A stretch of DNA of 62,953 bases, filler included, from Chiloscyllium plagiosum (GCF_004010195.1; 3 parts of 2 records of this genome joined end to end with filler, not necessarily neighbours in it), one strand, 5' to 3'. Shown: positions 1 through 13,974, counted from the whole stretch's first letter. Numbers and translations: made by a program. Notes: generated by a model from the letters alone, not told the origin.

Positions 1-1090
1 TGATCGAGGATAAAGCGGATGAGTTGTAGGATGGTGTTTGGAGACTGGCAGTTGTTGGTGTTGAGTATTGAGGCTGTTGCCGCGATGCCATCCTTGTGGG
101 GGATACTGGTGTAGAATGCGGAAACGTCCATTGTGAGGAGGAATGTTCCCGGTTCGACTGGTCCGTGGGTGCTGAGTTTCTGTAAGAAATCCGTAGTGTC
201 GTGACAGAAGCTGGAGATCCCCTGTACAATAAGTTTCAAGATAGCCAGAGAGATTCTCACATAGGGTCCCATTGCCCGACACGATGGGACGTCCTGGTGT
301 GTTGGCTTTGTGTACCTTTGGAAGGCAGAAGAAGTCGCCTATACGAGAAGTACGTGGGATGAGGGCACGTAGGGAGCTCTGAAGGACTGGATCCAAAGTT
401 CTGATCAGTGTGTTTAATTCTCGGGTGTGTTCTTTGGTCGGATCAGCTGGTAGTTGCCTGTTGTGTTCCTGGTTGTTCAGTTGTCGGTACACTTCCTTGC
501 AGTAATCTGTTCTATTCTGAATGACAATGCCTCCTCCTTTATCTGCTGGTTTGATGACAATGTTGTCATTGGTTTTGAGAGCCTGGATGGCATTGCGTTG
601 TGAACGGGTGATGTTTTGCTCTACCTTGTGGGTACGGCCGATGAATCTGGCATTTATATATTTCCTGACAGTTTGAGCATACATGTCAAGCCCAGGGCAG
701 CAGCCCTATGGTGGGGTCCACGTTGACACCTTCTTTAGTCGCTCCTCTACAGATCCCTGTGATGACTGTTTAGTTCATCAGTGGGCTCACTGCCGGCACC
801 TTGAAAGAATTCCCGGAGTCTCATTCGTCTGATGAACTCCTCTGTGTCTGCTGCCAGAACCAACAGGTCCATTTTGGTGGTGGGGCAGAAGTTGAGACCC
901 CTACTCAGGACTTCAATCTCTTCCGGTCGAAGGGTGTGGTCCGATAAGTTGATAATAGATTTCCCCGCAGTGATAATGTTGTCTACCGTGGTTCCAGGGC
1001 GGGCTTTGCTATTACTGGTAAGAATGCCAAGCTTCTCCAGTTTTTTGTTCTTGGCACGCACGTATGTGGTGTAGTTTGGTCGCCTTGTCT
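1..1090 (-). mobile_element. Penelope-like retroelement, N-terminal and RT portion, degenerate, truncated by window edge
   Basis: ORF 747-1103 has IINLS..L...E..VLSRGLNFCP...EEFIRRMRLREFF. Minus-strand translation continues with IVIKPADKGG, LPKVHK..PGRPIVS and MDVSAFYTSIPH, which are PLE RT motifs. Confidence 0.9.
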
Positions 1091-2085
1091 TTTCAGTTTT
1101 CAAACATGTACTTTATGTATTTATCCCTTCAATATCCTAAGATCCAGTAGACATGGATCCATCAACATTACACTAATTCTGCCCACCTTAAGCATTGTTT
1201 GAGTTATTTTTTGGTTGCCTTGAGCATCTAAAGAATGGCAATTGATGGCAGGAACGGCAGCTCATGGTGGACACTATCAGTCGACGTTGCCTGATCACCA
1301 GGTAATCCCCAGAACTCTCACGTCCCCTTTTACCTTATATTACCTCCAAATCCATTTTCCACCAACCAACTCAATGACCTCCCTGCTCTCGAACACTAAC
1401 ATTACATCTTAATGTTGCTCACCCTGCACTTTTATGCTCCCCCTGTGGAGGCTATAGTGGTGGCTACTGCCAATACCCTCCCTCCCATCTATCATGCCCT
1501 TTGATGTTGCCCATTATTATTGCCCATACACATTGAGCTTTCCCTCACCACCATCCTTGTTCTCTGCTCCAAAATTGCCTGATTTCCAGCCTCAACCAGC
1601 CTTCATTCCTTACCCCTTTTGGCAATGATCCTCTCCATTGCACATTTTTAGGCCTCTCTTGCACCCACCTTAACGATTAATGGATGCACCCCAAGACTTC
1701 ATTCATCCCAGATCTATGACTGACTTTGACATTCAATCAGTAGACGTGACTGACCAGATCCTGACTGTTATCTCTGCAGTGCTTCAACTGATGAAATGGG
1801 ATTTTTCTGACAGCCGCTGCTGGCCTTACATGATCTAAATTAGATGATCTCGTGACACAGGTATGACCACACTCTGGTACAAAGTGATACAAGTAATATC
1901 CCCCTTCACTGATGAGTCTTAGGTCAGCCTCTGACTTTGAGCTTGAAGTCCCTTCAATCACATAAACTTAATGAATACCATAGGTGCCTACTTGCTTCCA
2001 AATTCTGCAGCCACCTGCCCTGTAATCTTTAGAGAGTTTGATTATTTTGGCAATCAAATTTCAATTAACATCTCTAGTCTTGTCT

Positions 2086-2331
2086 ATAGAATCCATACAG
2101 TCTGAATACAGGCCATTCAGCCCAACATAGACTCAGTCTCCTTACCCTTTCCCTGTAACCCTACATTTCCCATGGCCAATGCACTTAACTTACAAACCCC
2201 TGAACACCACGGGCAATTTAGCACGGCCAATTCACCTAGCCGGCATATCTTTGGACTGTGGGAGGAAACCAGAGCACCTGGTGGAAACCCACACAGACAT
2301 GGGGAGAACTAACTTGCAAACTCCAAACAGG
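2086..2331 (-). mobile_element. HE1-type tRNA-derived SINE, partial
   Basis: Shares the core ctttggactgtgggaggaaacc..cacc.g.ggaaacccacacagac with the SINE copies at 16.5, 36.4 and 44.8 kb. Confidence 0.85.
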
Positions 2332-2479
2332 AGACTGTGGTAATGTTCTTATTATTTGAAAAAACGCACTACTAATCATAAATAAAATAAGTTCAGTGCC
2401 TGGTCATAATCATAATTCAGTTTGATTTAACATAGTTATGGAAAAAGACAATGATAGACAGGGTAGATAATTTTTAACT

Positions 2480-4150
2480 AGGGATGAGCCAATTTTACTC
2501 AGCTGAGATGTGATTTGACAAAGGTAGGCTGGAAATAGGTTTTTGCAGGTAAATCAGTATCACTAAATGGCAACATAATGTTAATCGTAGTAACAGTGAA
2601 AATGTTAACAAATTTGGCATCTTTGAAACCAAATAAATTGTCAGGGCGATGTGAAACACACAGGTTGCTAAGGCAGACAACAGAGTAAATAGTAGAAGTT
2701 CAGATGATCATTTGCAATTCCCTCTGACTACAGAGAGGTGCTGGAGGACTAGAGAATTCCAAGATTGTTAATTTGCTTAGCAGGAGGAAAGAATAGACTC
2801 ATTAATTACAGATCAGATGGCCTAACCTCAATAATAGGCAAATTATTGGAAAAATTCAGAGTACTAGTTTTCATTTTGAAATACATAGATTAATCAAGGG
2901 CAATCAACATGGAATGGTTAGGAACGATATATCTAACTAAAGTTTGAATTTTTTGCAGATAACAAGAAGGGTCAATGAAGCTAGCATATTTGATTTAGTC
3001 TACATTGATTTTAGCAAGTTTTTTCCCCCCCACAAAATCCCATATGATAGACATGCCAAAAATGTAAATGCCCATGGGATCCAATGGAAAGTGACAAGTT
3101 AAATCCAACATTGGCTTAATGACAAGAAGCAAAGGTTAATGGTCAATAAGTGTTTCTGTGAATACTATTTCCAGTGAGGTTCTGTACTAGATGTTGCTTT
3201 TCATGGTACACATCAATGACTAAGATTTTAAAGTAGGCGCAATTATTAAGCAGTGATTCAAAAATTAGCCATGTGATCTATAGATAGGAAGGAGATTGCA
3301 GGCTGCAAAAAGAATTAATGTGTTAGTCATGTAGGTTAAAATAACAAAAGGAACTTAATTTGAAGAAGTGAGAGGTAATGAATTTGTGGAAGACAAACAA
3401 GGCAAGGGAGTAGACAATAGATGTTGATCACATATTGAGAATGTCAGTACATCTGCCCCTTGAGTGCATGTTTGCAGATCCTGGAAGCTGGTAAGTCAGA
3501 CAGAAAATGGGTTTAAGAAACGTATGGGACCCTTCCCTTTATTATCCAAGGCATAGAATATAAGAATAGCAATTTGATGCTCAGACTGCATAAAACATAG
3601 GTAGGCATCAGCTACAGCAACCGCTTGCTATTCTGGGCACTAAATTACAGGAAAGATACGATTACACTAGAGGAGTACAGATCAGATTTACAAGGATACT
3701 AGCAAGATTGAGTATTTTAGCTATGAAGAAGATTAAAAAGGCAGAAGAACAGAGGAAGATAGGGTCGTGATGGGAGTGTCAGTTGAAGTACAGAATATAA
3801 TGAAGGATCTAGATCCACTGGATAGGAAGGATGCATTCGACATAGCAGAGAGGTCAATAACAAGGGAGAATACATTTAAAATAATTGGTAGAAGGATTAA
3901 AGGGGTCCTGAGGAGAACTGTTTCATCTCAAGGATGGTGAGCGGTCTGGAACTCCACCTGAAAAACATGGCAGAGGCAGAAACCCTGATTGTACTTAAAA
4001 AGTATTTGGATGTGCACTTTAATTATTGTAACATCCAGGATTATGGACCAAGACCTGATAAGTGGCTTTAGGTTGGGTAACTCTTTTCCAGCCTGCACTG
4101 ACATTATTGACCAAGTGGCCTCCTTGTATGCCATGCATTTTCAATGTTTT
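2480..4150 (+). mobile_element. Old, heavily decayed CR1-type LINE (RT to 3' end)
   Basis: Collinear but stop-ridden similarity to the RT and 3' region of younger CR1 copies in this window (e.g. tacattgattttagcaag, Y.DFSK-like). Confidence 0.7.
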
Positions 4151-4422
4151 TTGTTAGATAGAATGGGACAGAGGTGGTTAATGGTGCAGAGAATTAGAGT
4201 ATCAATTTTACAATAGAAAAAATGCAGAGTTCAGTTTAGTTAGAATGGGATTTAAAGTTAGAAACAAGTTGGTTTTCCTGTCACAAAAAGATGGTGTTTG
4301 CGGACAGCATCTTAACCATGCATGCAGAATTTAGATCCATAGTACTACTATAGAAGGCAATACAGAAACCAGAGGCCATTTGAGCGGGGTCAGCAGTGCC
4401 TCTGATAGCCTTCGCCTGGCAA

Positions 4423-4465
4423 GGGAATTCCTGAAGAAGGGCTTATGCCCGAAACGTCGATTCTC
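4423..4465 (+). ncRNA. Minimal hammerhead ribozyme motif (PLE type), intact core
   Basis: CTGAAGA-A-GGGC-TTAT-GCCC-GAAAC-GTC at 4431-4458. Helix III is the loopless palindrome ACGT. GGGAATTC and GATTCTC can form helix I with one bulge. Confidence 0.75.
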
Positions 4466-4530
4466 CTTCACCTTTGATGCTGCCTGACCTGCTGTGCTTT
4501 TCCAGCAACATATTTTTAAGCGCTGATCTC
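4423..4530 (+). mobile_element. Solo Penelope terminal-repeat fragment
   Basis: Matches the repeat found 3' of the PLE RT at 8363-8530 (gatgctgcctgacctgctgtgcttttccagca). Confidence 0.85.
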
Positions 4531-5045
4531 TTTCTGTACTTGATATCTCCAAACTGCGTCTCCCATGATGTCAAACATTCCTACTAGCTATTTTGATGCT
4601 GTACTAACAAACTTAGATGACACTGGTCTGCTCAACATATAATATGTGGGGGATTTTCCCATTCCTAGAGTGGGATGGGCAATGGTGAGAAGGTTGCAAA
4701 CGGTTGATGAGAATGAAAAAGATCAATTGTCAATGTCATAAAAGAGTTTCTGATTTTTCCCTTAAGCTTTAAAATGTTAAGCATGGGTAAACTAGGACAA
4801 TAGTGGAACAGATCCCAGGTCTCCTTAAGAACAGTTTTACATGCCTGAACCATTCCAGCAGACCCTTGCAGTAAAGTCCAGAAAGGATATGCCATATCAA
4901 TTCATTGCAACTAAAGCTAACAAATGGAGATGTTCTGGATGCAGAAGCAGTGGGATTGACTGCAATTTTCCCAGGATGAAGGTGACGATCAAGATTGGGA
5001 GGGCCATTCAAGACAGCATGATATTGTCTGTAAGGTATGATTCCA

Positions 5046-6254
5046 TGAGACTATAAGACACAGGAGAAGTGTTAATTCATTTGACCCACTGAGTCTGCTC
5101 CACCATAGCTTAAATGTTTCTCAACCCCATTCTTCTCCCTTCTTCCCATGACCTCTGATCCCCTCACTAATCAAGAACCTATCTTTCCCAGTCTTAAACA
5201 CACTCAATGACTTGGCCTCCACAGCCTCCTGGAAAACTCCACAGGTTTATCCCATCTGGTTGAAGGAATTCTTCCTCATCTCAGCCTCTAAACGGCTGTC
5301 CCTACACCCTCACACTGTGCCCTCAGCTCCTAGTCTTTTCTGCTTAGGGAAACATCTTCTTCATGACCACTCTATCCAGGCTTCTCAGTATTCTTTAAGT
5401 TTCAATGAAATCGTCCCTCATCCTTCTAAACTCCATCGAGTACAGACCCAGAGTACTCAACCACTCCTCATATGACAAGCCTTTCATCCCCAGGATTGTT
5501 CTTATAAAGCTGCTCTGGACCTAATCTCAGGCCAGCACATCCTTCCTGAGGTAACAGGTCGAACACAGATCACAATCTTCCAAATGCAGTCTGGCCAGAG
5601 TCTTATACAGTCTGAGCACCTAGCCTTTTCGAAATGAATGCTAACATTGTAATTGCCTTCCTAACTGAACTTACATATTAACCTTAAGCGAATCCTGAAC
5701 TAGCACTCCTAATTCCCTTTGTCCTTCAGATTTCTAAAGCCTTTCCACATTTAGAATATCCTTCCTATGATATTCCATCTGACACTTCTTTGGCAACTCT
5801 CCTAGCCTGTTAAGTACTTCTGCAGCATTCCACCTCCTCAACACTACATGTTCCTTCACTTATCTTTGTGTCATCTGCAAAAGTAGCAACAATTTTCTCA
5901 ATTCCTTCATCCAGATTGCTAATGCATAACATGAGTAGTTGTAGTCCCAATACGGACAGTTTTAGGACTCCACAAGGCACCGGTTGCCACCCTGGAAAAG
6001 ACTCCATCATACTACTCTTTACCTTCTGCCAGTCAGCCAATCCTTTCTCCATGCCAGTACACTCCCCTAATACTATGGCTTCTTATCTTATTTAGCTGCC
6101 TTCTGTGCGGTACCTTGTCAAAGGCCTTTTGCTGATCCAAATAAATCACATCCACGAGCTCTCCTTTGTCTAACTTACTCATTAACTCATCAAAGAATTC
6201 CAACAATGTATCGGACAGGACCTTCCCTTGACAAACTCTTGCTGACTTCATCAC
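5046..6254 (-). mobile_element. CR1-type LINE, 3' part with internal deletions
   Basis: ORFs 6033-6254 (LLEFF...VDVIYLD..KAFDKVPH) and 5810-6052 (FADDTKI) are CR1 RT motifs. Confidence 0.85.
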
Positions 6255-6300
6255 GTGTGAATGAGTATATCAGGCTCTTGCTTAACTGGTCTTGGGACTT

Positions 6301-6896
6301 AATTATGGACCAGGCCAGAACCCTTCAAAATATTTTAAGGTGGTAGTCTGGACCCTAGCTTTGTCTTATTTTAAAGGCAGATGTAAAGTGGATATTGCAC
6401 GTGTCACGCAGTTGGTCAAACCACTCTGCTTTAAACAAAACAGAATTTATTTAAACACTGTAGTTGAAATATGAACAAAAGAAAATAGAATATCGAATAA
6501 CTTAGCTATTGGAAAACTTAAGCAACCCAATATAGCAACTTAACTAAGGAACTGTTCCAATCCAGCAATATTCCATAAACACACCCCTTGACAAAAAGGG
6601 TAAATTCAAACATAGGTTCTTACATGCAGAAGGAAACAACTTCCAAAGAGATTCCAGAAAGAAAAGTCAGTCAGGAATCATCTGTTGGAGCTTGGAATCT
6701 TTCCTTGACTCCAGCATCTTCTGACTGCTACAGCTAAACCAAACTAGAAAAAAAAACTGAACTGGGAGAGCTGGCCACTCCCCTGCCATTGTTAAACTAG
6801 GCTTTTTCTGGACCCCTCGGCACTTCTGTCTTTACGACCTCTCTCTAAAAAAAATCAAGGACAAAATAACCTTGTTAAAATGGCAGCATTGTCACA
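6301..6896 (-). mobile_element. Probable solo LTR
   Basis: ~600-bp block starting TGTGACA on the minus strand, with a minus-strand AATAAA near 6447 and no coding potential. Assignment is by resemblance only. Confidence 0.4.
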
Positions 6897-7059
6897 GACT
6901 GTTCTCTTAATTTCAAGCACAATCCTCAGATGTTAACAAGGAGGACTTTGCAGGGTAAATAGGGTTGTGTATGCAGTTGTTGCTTCTGTTGTTTTGTTTA
7001 ATACTGGGGGGCCCATCCAATTTCATTATTTTTAATCTGATTTTGTTTCATTTATCTGC

Positions 7060-7300
7060 AACTGAAAGGCTTGCCAAACCATTTCAGAGGGCAATTAATG
7101 TCGCCATGTTACAGTGGATCTGTAGGCCAGACCACGTGATGATGGTATATTTACCTTACCTAATGAACCAAATGTATTTTAATAACAGATCTACTAACTA
7201 AATTCAAACTCTTTCATCTGCCATAGTGGGATTTGTATGCATTATCCCCACAGTATTAGCCTGGGTCTCTGGGTTATTTGTCCAGTGACTAAACTACTCC
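7060..7300 (-). mobile_element. Old tRNA-derived SINE (SacSINE1-like)
   Basis: The minus strand reads gtcactggac..taacccagag...aaatcccactatggcag...gaattt, which resembles the recalled shark SINE head. A similar remnant lies at ~28865-28950. Confidence 0.45.
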
Positions 7301-8362
7301 ATCACTACTTCTCCTGTGTTGCAACTGACATCATACAATAATGGCAGTCATTTATATATATATTAAATATGACCATTTCAATTGAAACATTGTATATTGT
7401 TTGGAATATTACATACTGTTCAATGAAATAGAACTGATATCCACAATCTCCAATAAAGTAGTACAAAGCATTTTTCAGGAAACAGGACTTGGACAATAAA
7501 AAAATGGTAATAACAAATTGACAGTCCATTTTCTGCCTTTAATGATTTTTAATGGAAAGGAATAAATGTTGTGGAATTAAATAGGCTATCAATTTGCTCG
7601 CTATCATCAGTTTTCCATTATCACCAAAAACTAATTTCACCTCTTTTTCTGCTCATTTATGTAATTCCTGTTCATGTAATCTGATTAAATTATGTACAAT
7701 CACTGCAGTTCCTCACATCACAATAGTTATTATATTCCGCCCTTACCTTACAACAGTTAATATGGGAAAATCTTATTATGGGTTGTGGGATATGGGCTGC
7801 AGCAAGATATATGGCAGAATCGGGTAACAATTGCACCAATGCACATCTCGAGCAACTCATGCTAGCTTTTATGCTTCTCATAAGTGATGTTGCACGATTC
7901 TTGCTAGGCAGTCATGTATTGCCAATTTATAGTGATGTGCCTTGCTAACAGACCAACACACTTCATTAATATTCAACCCCTTGCCAAACAGGCTTGATCT
8001 CAGGAAACCCTGACAATGAAATCAGAGTGAGCAATTTCGTGAAACCTTGCACCAACACCTCAGGTCACATTCCAAGGGCACTGGCCACATGCACTCTGTC
8101 CATGGACATTTGCATCTGTCATGTGTCAGCTACAAACAATCTTCAGTGCACATCTTTGAACCACTTAAAGGAAGCTTCTGCAATTCAATGCTCCACAGCA
8201 ACAATCATTGTAATATTACAAGGACATTGTGCATTCAGGGACACACATGGGACTGGATCAGGATGCATCTCCAAACTCAGTTGCTTTCAAAGCTGAGTAC
8301 CCATGCCTTGTCTTTTTGCACTTTGGCTCCTCAGCAAGAGATGCCAGACTCATATTACTGTT

Positions 8363-9360
8363 AGGCAAAAGTGAGGACTGCACTTGAGATCAGAGTCCAA
8401 GATTAGAGTGGTGCTGGAAAAGCACAGCAGGTCAGGCAGCATCTGAGGAGCAGGAAAATCGACGTTTCCAGCAAAAGCCCTTCATCAGGACTGAAGGCAG
8501 GGAGGTTCCAGGGTGGAGAGATAAATGGGAGGGGCGTGGGGTGAGGAGAAGGTAGCAAAGAGTACAATGGATGGATGGGGGCTTGTTACGGTTGGCGGGG
8601 TGGGGTTTGAGGGCGGAGGGGTGGGACATGGATGAGATGCATTGGAGGGCATCATCAACCATATGGGAAGGGAAATTGCGGTCTTTAAAGAAGGAGGTCA
8701 TCTGGTGTGTTCTCTGGTGGAACTGGTGCTCCTGGGAGCAGATATGGCGGGGGCGGAGGAATTGGGAATACGGGATAGAACTTTTGCAGGAGGTAGGGTG
8801 GGAAGAGGTGTAATCCAAGGTAGCTGTGGGAGTCGGTGGGTTTGTAAAAAATGTCAGTGTCAAGTCAGTTGTCATTGATGGAGATGCAGAGGTCCAGGTT
8901 GGGGAGGGAGGTGTCAGAGGTGGTCTAGGTGAATTTAAGGTCGGGGTGGAATGTGTTGATGAAGTTGATGAACTGCTCAACCTCCTCGCGGGTGCAGTCA
9001 TCAATGTAGCGGAGGAAGAGGTGGGGAGTGGTGCCGGTGTAACTACGGAAGATGGAACTGTTCTACGTAGCCGACGAAGAGACAGGCATAGCTGGGGCCC
9101 ATACAGGTGCTCACGGCTAGCCCTTTAGTCAGGAGGAAGTGGGAGGATTCGAAGGAGAAATTGTTAAGGGTGAGGACCAGTTCAGCCAAACGAATGAGTG
9201 TGTCAGTGGAAGGGTACGGTTGGAGACGTCAGGAGAGGAAGAAACGGAGGGCTTGGAGGCCCTGGTCATGGCAAATGGAGGTGTAGAGGGATTGGATGTC
9301 CATGGTGAAAATGAGGCGTTGGGGGCCGGGGAAATGGAAGTCTTGGAAGAGGTGGAGGGC
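8363..9360 (-). mobile_element. Penelope-like element fragment: RT/thumb region plus 3' terminal repeat
   Basis: ORF 8432-9004 has LDYTSSHP..CK.SIPYSQFLR...ICS, a PLE motif. The terminal repeat carries a hammerhead motif with broken helix II at 8461-8488. Confidence 0.9.
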
Positions 9361-9894
9361 GTGAGTAGACACAAAGCCAAGAGACTTGTCATAGGTTTCA
9401 TCAGGACTTAGTCAAGCCAAGAGAGTGAGCTTTTGCTCAGGGGAGTCCCAGCAAAGTAAGTCAAGGGTGGCTTCTGATACTAATCCATCCCCAGCTCAGG
9501 GCAGTTGGTGTCAGGATCCTCTCCTCATTAGGGGTGAGGAGTCAAATGGCAGGCAGTACATACTAGTACCCACGACTCTTTTATGCCCTACTGTGGACTA
9601 CCAGGTGAAGCACTTCTATACACAAAGGGAGGAAGATGTTTGCAATTCCTTTCCACAAATAGCAGTGGATGCAGGATCAGCTGTTGGATTTAAAATCTGA
9701 GATAATACCTTTGCTCGACAAAAATGGATCTAAGAGCTTTGGGCCCGAGGCAAGCATATGGAGTTAGTCCACAGAGAGTTATGATCTCAGTGAATGGTGG
9801 AACAGATGTGAGGGAGTGAATGCCCTATTCCTGCACCAATGACTGTTTTCCTCATAGAATGAGTCAAGCAGATTTTACAGGAGTTGAAAGTGGA

Positions 9895-10180
9895 TGGCTC
9901 AGATTTTACTCTTGGCGCAGGTGGGAAGGTGTCCCAAGTGAGTGAGTAGGCAATGCAGAGGGCATACAGGGTTAGTGGGATCAAGCGTTGAGTTGGGTGA
10001 GATTGTTTGGGAAAGATGTTGCAGACAATGGAGAGAATTGTAAAGCATGAATCTTGGTGGAAGGTGGGTACAGTAGTAGAGATAGAGCGAGTGCAAGATA
10101 TCAGAGGGAGGATAGTGTATTGTACCTTGGTGGCGTGAAGGAAGACCAGTGACTTTCTTCCTATAGTGCTGTGCAATCTT
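9895..10180 (-). mobile_element. Old Penelope-like fragment
   Basis: Degenerate similarity to the linker/endonuclease-proximal region seen at 27681-27900. Confidence 0.45.
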
Positions 10181-11552
10181 CAAGGCAACTAAAACTACTT
10201 TAAACTGTGTGGAAACCTCAGACCAGGCTGCCCGGTCTAGTATCGTGGCTTCTACTACTTGTCACGGGGGAGAAAGAACTCCCACAAGTCCCCACCTTCA
10301 GGTCCCTGACTGCAAAGTGGGGCACTGATTTCCTTGTCTGAAGAGCAAATGTCACCAACCATGCAGGGCAGCTCAGCACTGACAGTGCTTGTTCAGGTAT
10401 GCAGTGAGCTTTTAAAATATCACAGGTACAAGGGATATGAATTTTGGGAGATCTACTGAGTAACCAAGTTGTCTGGGAACAGCAGGTGTTTGAGATAGCG
10501 AAGTCAGATGTCAGCAATGCCATGGGGGTACTATCGGTAATTAATGAGGTGAGTTTGGTAAGATACAGCAAGAGAACCTTCCAATGAACCTAGCGTGATT
10601 CAGATTTAGCCAAAGAAATGTAAGATATAGATCAATGGGTAGAATTTTCCCAGCCCCTCAATGACATTAGTATCAGAGACTCATTTGGGAAAATGGAATG
10701 AGTTTGGCATAAATGAGATTTATGACGTGAAGAGAAATTGTCCAATTCTCCAACAATGGTTTTGAAGATGAGAAGTTTGATCATGAGTGGATAAAAGCCT
10801 AACTGGAATCAATTTACAATCATTTGTATGCCATTAGTACTTAACCTTGCCTCATTAATGAACAGTTTTCCATCTTCCCACCTGCTAGATTGAAACTGTA
10901 TGACAATTCCCAACATGAAAGTCATAGAGTATCTGGTGACTTCCATTCACCACCTGGTCTTTAGGGCTTTCAAGTTGGATATCAATCACCATCATTTCAG
11001 AGCACGGTCCACAGTGAGTGACTGTCTGTACCTCTGCTCCATCCACAGAGGTTAGCATCAGATACATACCAACCTCACCATATCCTCATAGCATATCTCT
11101 GACCTACTTACAATGCAGTACTATCATTTCTGCCAGAACACTTCATATGCAGAGACAAGGACCACCATCTCATGGATTCTCGGGAGTCCTCGCTTGCTGT
11201 CTTGACACTCACTCACTTTGCGCCTAATTGGATGCTCATTGTATCTTGCCATGTCTTGCCTTCACTTTTATGCTTTTCTCCCTCAACCAGAGCTTAAAAG
11301 GTGCACTGTACTTGTCTTGGTACTTGCTGTTTTGCCTTGGTGTTTACCACAGCCACAAAGCCAGGTAACTTATCATGGTTGTCAGCAGCAATCAATCAGT
11401 CAAGGGATGGACATGGCGCTATTCACAGAGTGCTATATAAATCTTACACCGCAGTTCTGGTTAGTCACCAGTCAGGGCTGTCCATTCAAGTCAGTTGGAT
11501 TGGTAAGGAGTTGTTATCAGCCTTTTCTGTATTCACTGCCTTCATCCATTTA

Positions 11553-12779
11553 GAGACATAGAATCAAAGATGTACAGCATGGAAACAGACCCTTTGGTCC
11601 AAACTTGCATGCTATTCAGATGTCCTAAATAAATCTAGTCCCATTTGCCAGCATTTGACGCATATCCCTCTATACCCTTCTTATTCATATACCCATCCAG
11701 ATGCCTTTTAAATATTGCAATTGTACCAGTCTCCACCACTTCCTCAAACAGCTCATTCCATACATGCGCCACCCACTGCATGAAAAAGTTGCCCCTTAGG
11801 TCCCTTTTAAAACTTTCCCCTCTCACCCTAAACCTATGTGCTCTAGTTTAGGAGTGCCACACCCCAGGAAAAGACTGTCTGTTTACCTATTCATGCCCCT
11901 CATGATTTTATAATCCTCTACAAGGTCACCCCTCAGCCTCCAATGCTCCAGCGGAAAATAGCCCCAGCCTGTTCAGCCTCTCCTTATAGCTCAAAACCTA
12001 CAACCCTGGCAACATCCTTGTAAATCTTTTCTGAATCCTTTCAGGTTTCACAACATCTTGCCGATAGGAAGGAGACCAGAATTGCACACAATATTCCAAC
12101 AGTGACCTAACCAATGTCCTGTACAGCCGCAATATGACCTCCCAACTCCTGTACTTAATACTGTGACCAATAAACAAAAGCATACCAAACGCCTTCTTCA
12201 CTATCCTATCTATCTGCAACTCCACTTTCAAGGAGCTATGAACCTGCACTCCAAGGTCTCTTTGTTCAGCAACACTCCCTAGGACCTTACCATTAAGACA
12301 GAGGGTGGTGGTGGAGGGTTATCTTTCAGACTGGAGGCCTGTGACCACAAAGATCAGACTGGAGGCCTGTGACCACAAGGATATGTCCTGCTAAGATTTG
12401 CTTTCCCAAAATGCAGCACCTCGCATTTATCTGAATTAAACTCCATCTGCCACTTCTCAGCCCATTGGCCCATCTGGTCAAGATCCTCTTGTAATCTGAG
12501 GTAACCCTCATTGCTTTTCACTACACCTCCAATTTTGGTATCATCTGCAAACTTACTAACTGTACCTCTTATGCTTGCATCCAAATCATTTTTGTGAATG
12601 ACAAAAGGTAAAGGGCCCAGCACCGATCCTTGTGGTCACAGGCCTCCAGTCTGAAAAACAACCCTCCACCACCACCCTCTGTCTTCTACCTTTGAGCCAG
12701 TTCTGTATCCAAATGGCTAGTTCTCCCTGTATTCCGTGAGATCTAACCTTGCCAGTCAGTCTCCCATGGGGAACCTTGT
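11553..12779 (-). mobile_element. Young CR1-type (HER1-like) LINE, 3' part, cut by a gap
   Basis: ORFs with LGPL.F.I..NDLD...SKFADDTKIGG and LEYCVQFWSP. Family 3' tail near 11553-11580. Confidence 0.95.
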
Positions 12780-13612
12780 NNNNNNNNNNNNNNNNNNNNN
12801 NNNNNNNNNNNNNNNNNNNNNNNNNNNNNNNNNNNNNNNNNNNNNNNNNNNNNNNNNNNNNNNNNNNNNNNNNNNNNNNNNNNNNNNNNNNNNNNNNNNN
12901 NNNNNNNNNNNNNNNNNNNNNNNNNNNNNNNNNNNNNNNNNNNNNNNNNNNNNNNNNNNNNNNNNNNNNNNNNNNNNNNNNNNNNNNNNNNNNNNNNNNN
13001 NNNNNNNNNNNNNNNNNNNNNNNNNNNNNNNNNNNNNNNNNNNNNNNNNNNNNNNNNNNNNNNNNNNNNNNNNNNNNNNNNNNNNNNNNNNNNNNNNNNN
13101 NNNNNNNNNNNNNNNNNNNNNNNNNNNNNNNNNNNNNNNNNNNNNNNNNNNNNNNNNNNNNNNNNNNNNNNNNNNNNNNNNNNNNNNNNNNNNNNNNNNN
13201 NNNNNNNNNNNNNNNNNNNNNNNNNNNNNNNNNNNNNNNNNNNNNNNNNNNNNNNNNNNNNNNNNNNNNNNNNNNNNNNNNNNNNNNNNNNNNNNNNNNN
13301 NNNNNNNNNNNNNNNNNNNNNNNNNNNNNNNNNNNNNNNNNNNNNNNNNNNNNNNNNNNNNNNNNNNNNNNNNNNNNNNNNNNNNNNNNNNNNNNNNNNN
13401 NNNNNNNNNNNNNNNNNNNNNNNNNNNNNNNNNNNNNNNNNNNNNNNNNNNNNNNNNNNNNNNNNNNNNNNNNNNNNNNNNNNNNNNNNNNNNNNNNNNN
13501 NNNNNNNNNNNNNNNNNNNNNNNNNNNNNNNNNNNNNNNNNNNNNNNNNNNNNNNNNNNNNNNNNNNNNNNNNNNNNNNNNNNNNNNNNNNNNNNNNNNN
13601 NNNNNNNNNNNN

Positions 13613-13974
13613 TTACAAAATTATGAGGGACATGGATAGGGTAAATAGACAAAGTCTTTTCCCTGGGGTTGGGGAGTCCAGAACTAGAGGGCATAGGTTT
13701 GGGATGAGAGGGGAAAGACATAAAAGAGACCTAAGGGGCAACTTTTTCATGCAGACGGTGGTAAGTGTATGAAATGAGCTGCCAGAGGAAGTGGTGGAAG
13801 CTGGTACAATTGCAACATTTAAGAGGCATTTGGATGGGTATATGAACAGGAAGGGTTTGGAGCGATATGGGCCGAGTGCTGGCAAGCGGGACTAGATTGG
13901 GTTGGGATATCTGGTTGGTATGGACAGGTTAGACCAAAGGGTCTGTTTCCATGCTGTACATCTCTATGACTCTA
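13613..13974 (+). mobile_element. CR1-type LINE 3' end
   Basis: Ends in the family tail ccatgctgtacatctctatgactcta. Confidence 0.95.

Noticed and set aside
12736..13721. Long ORFs of ~300 aa, and similar ones at 27-29 kb and 42.5 kb
   Set aside because: They are translations of N gaps.
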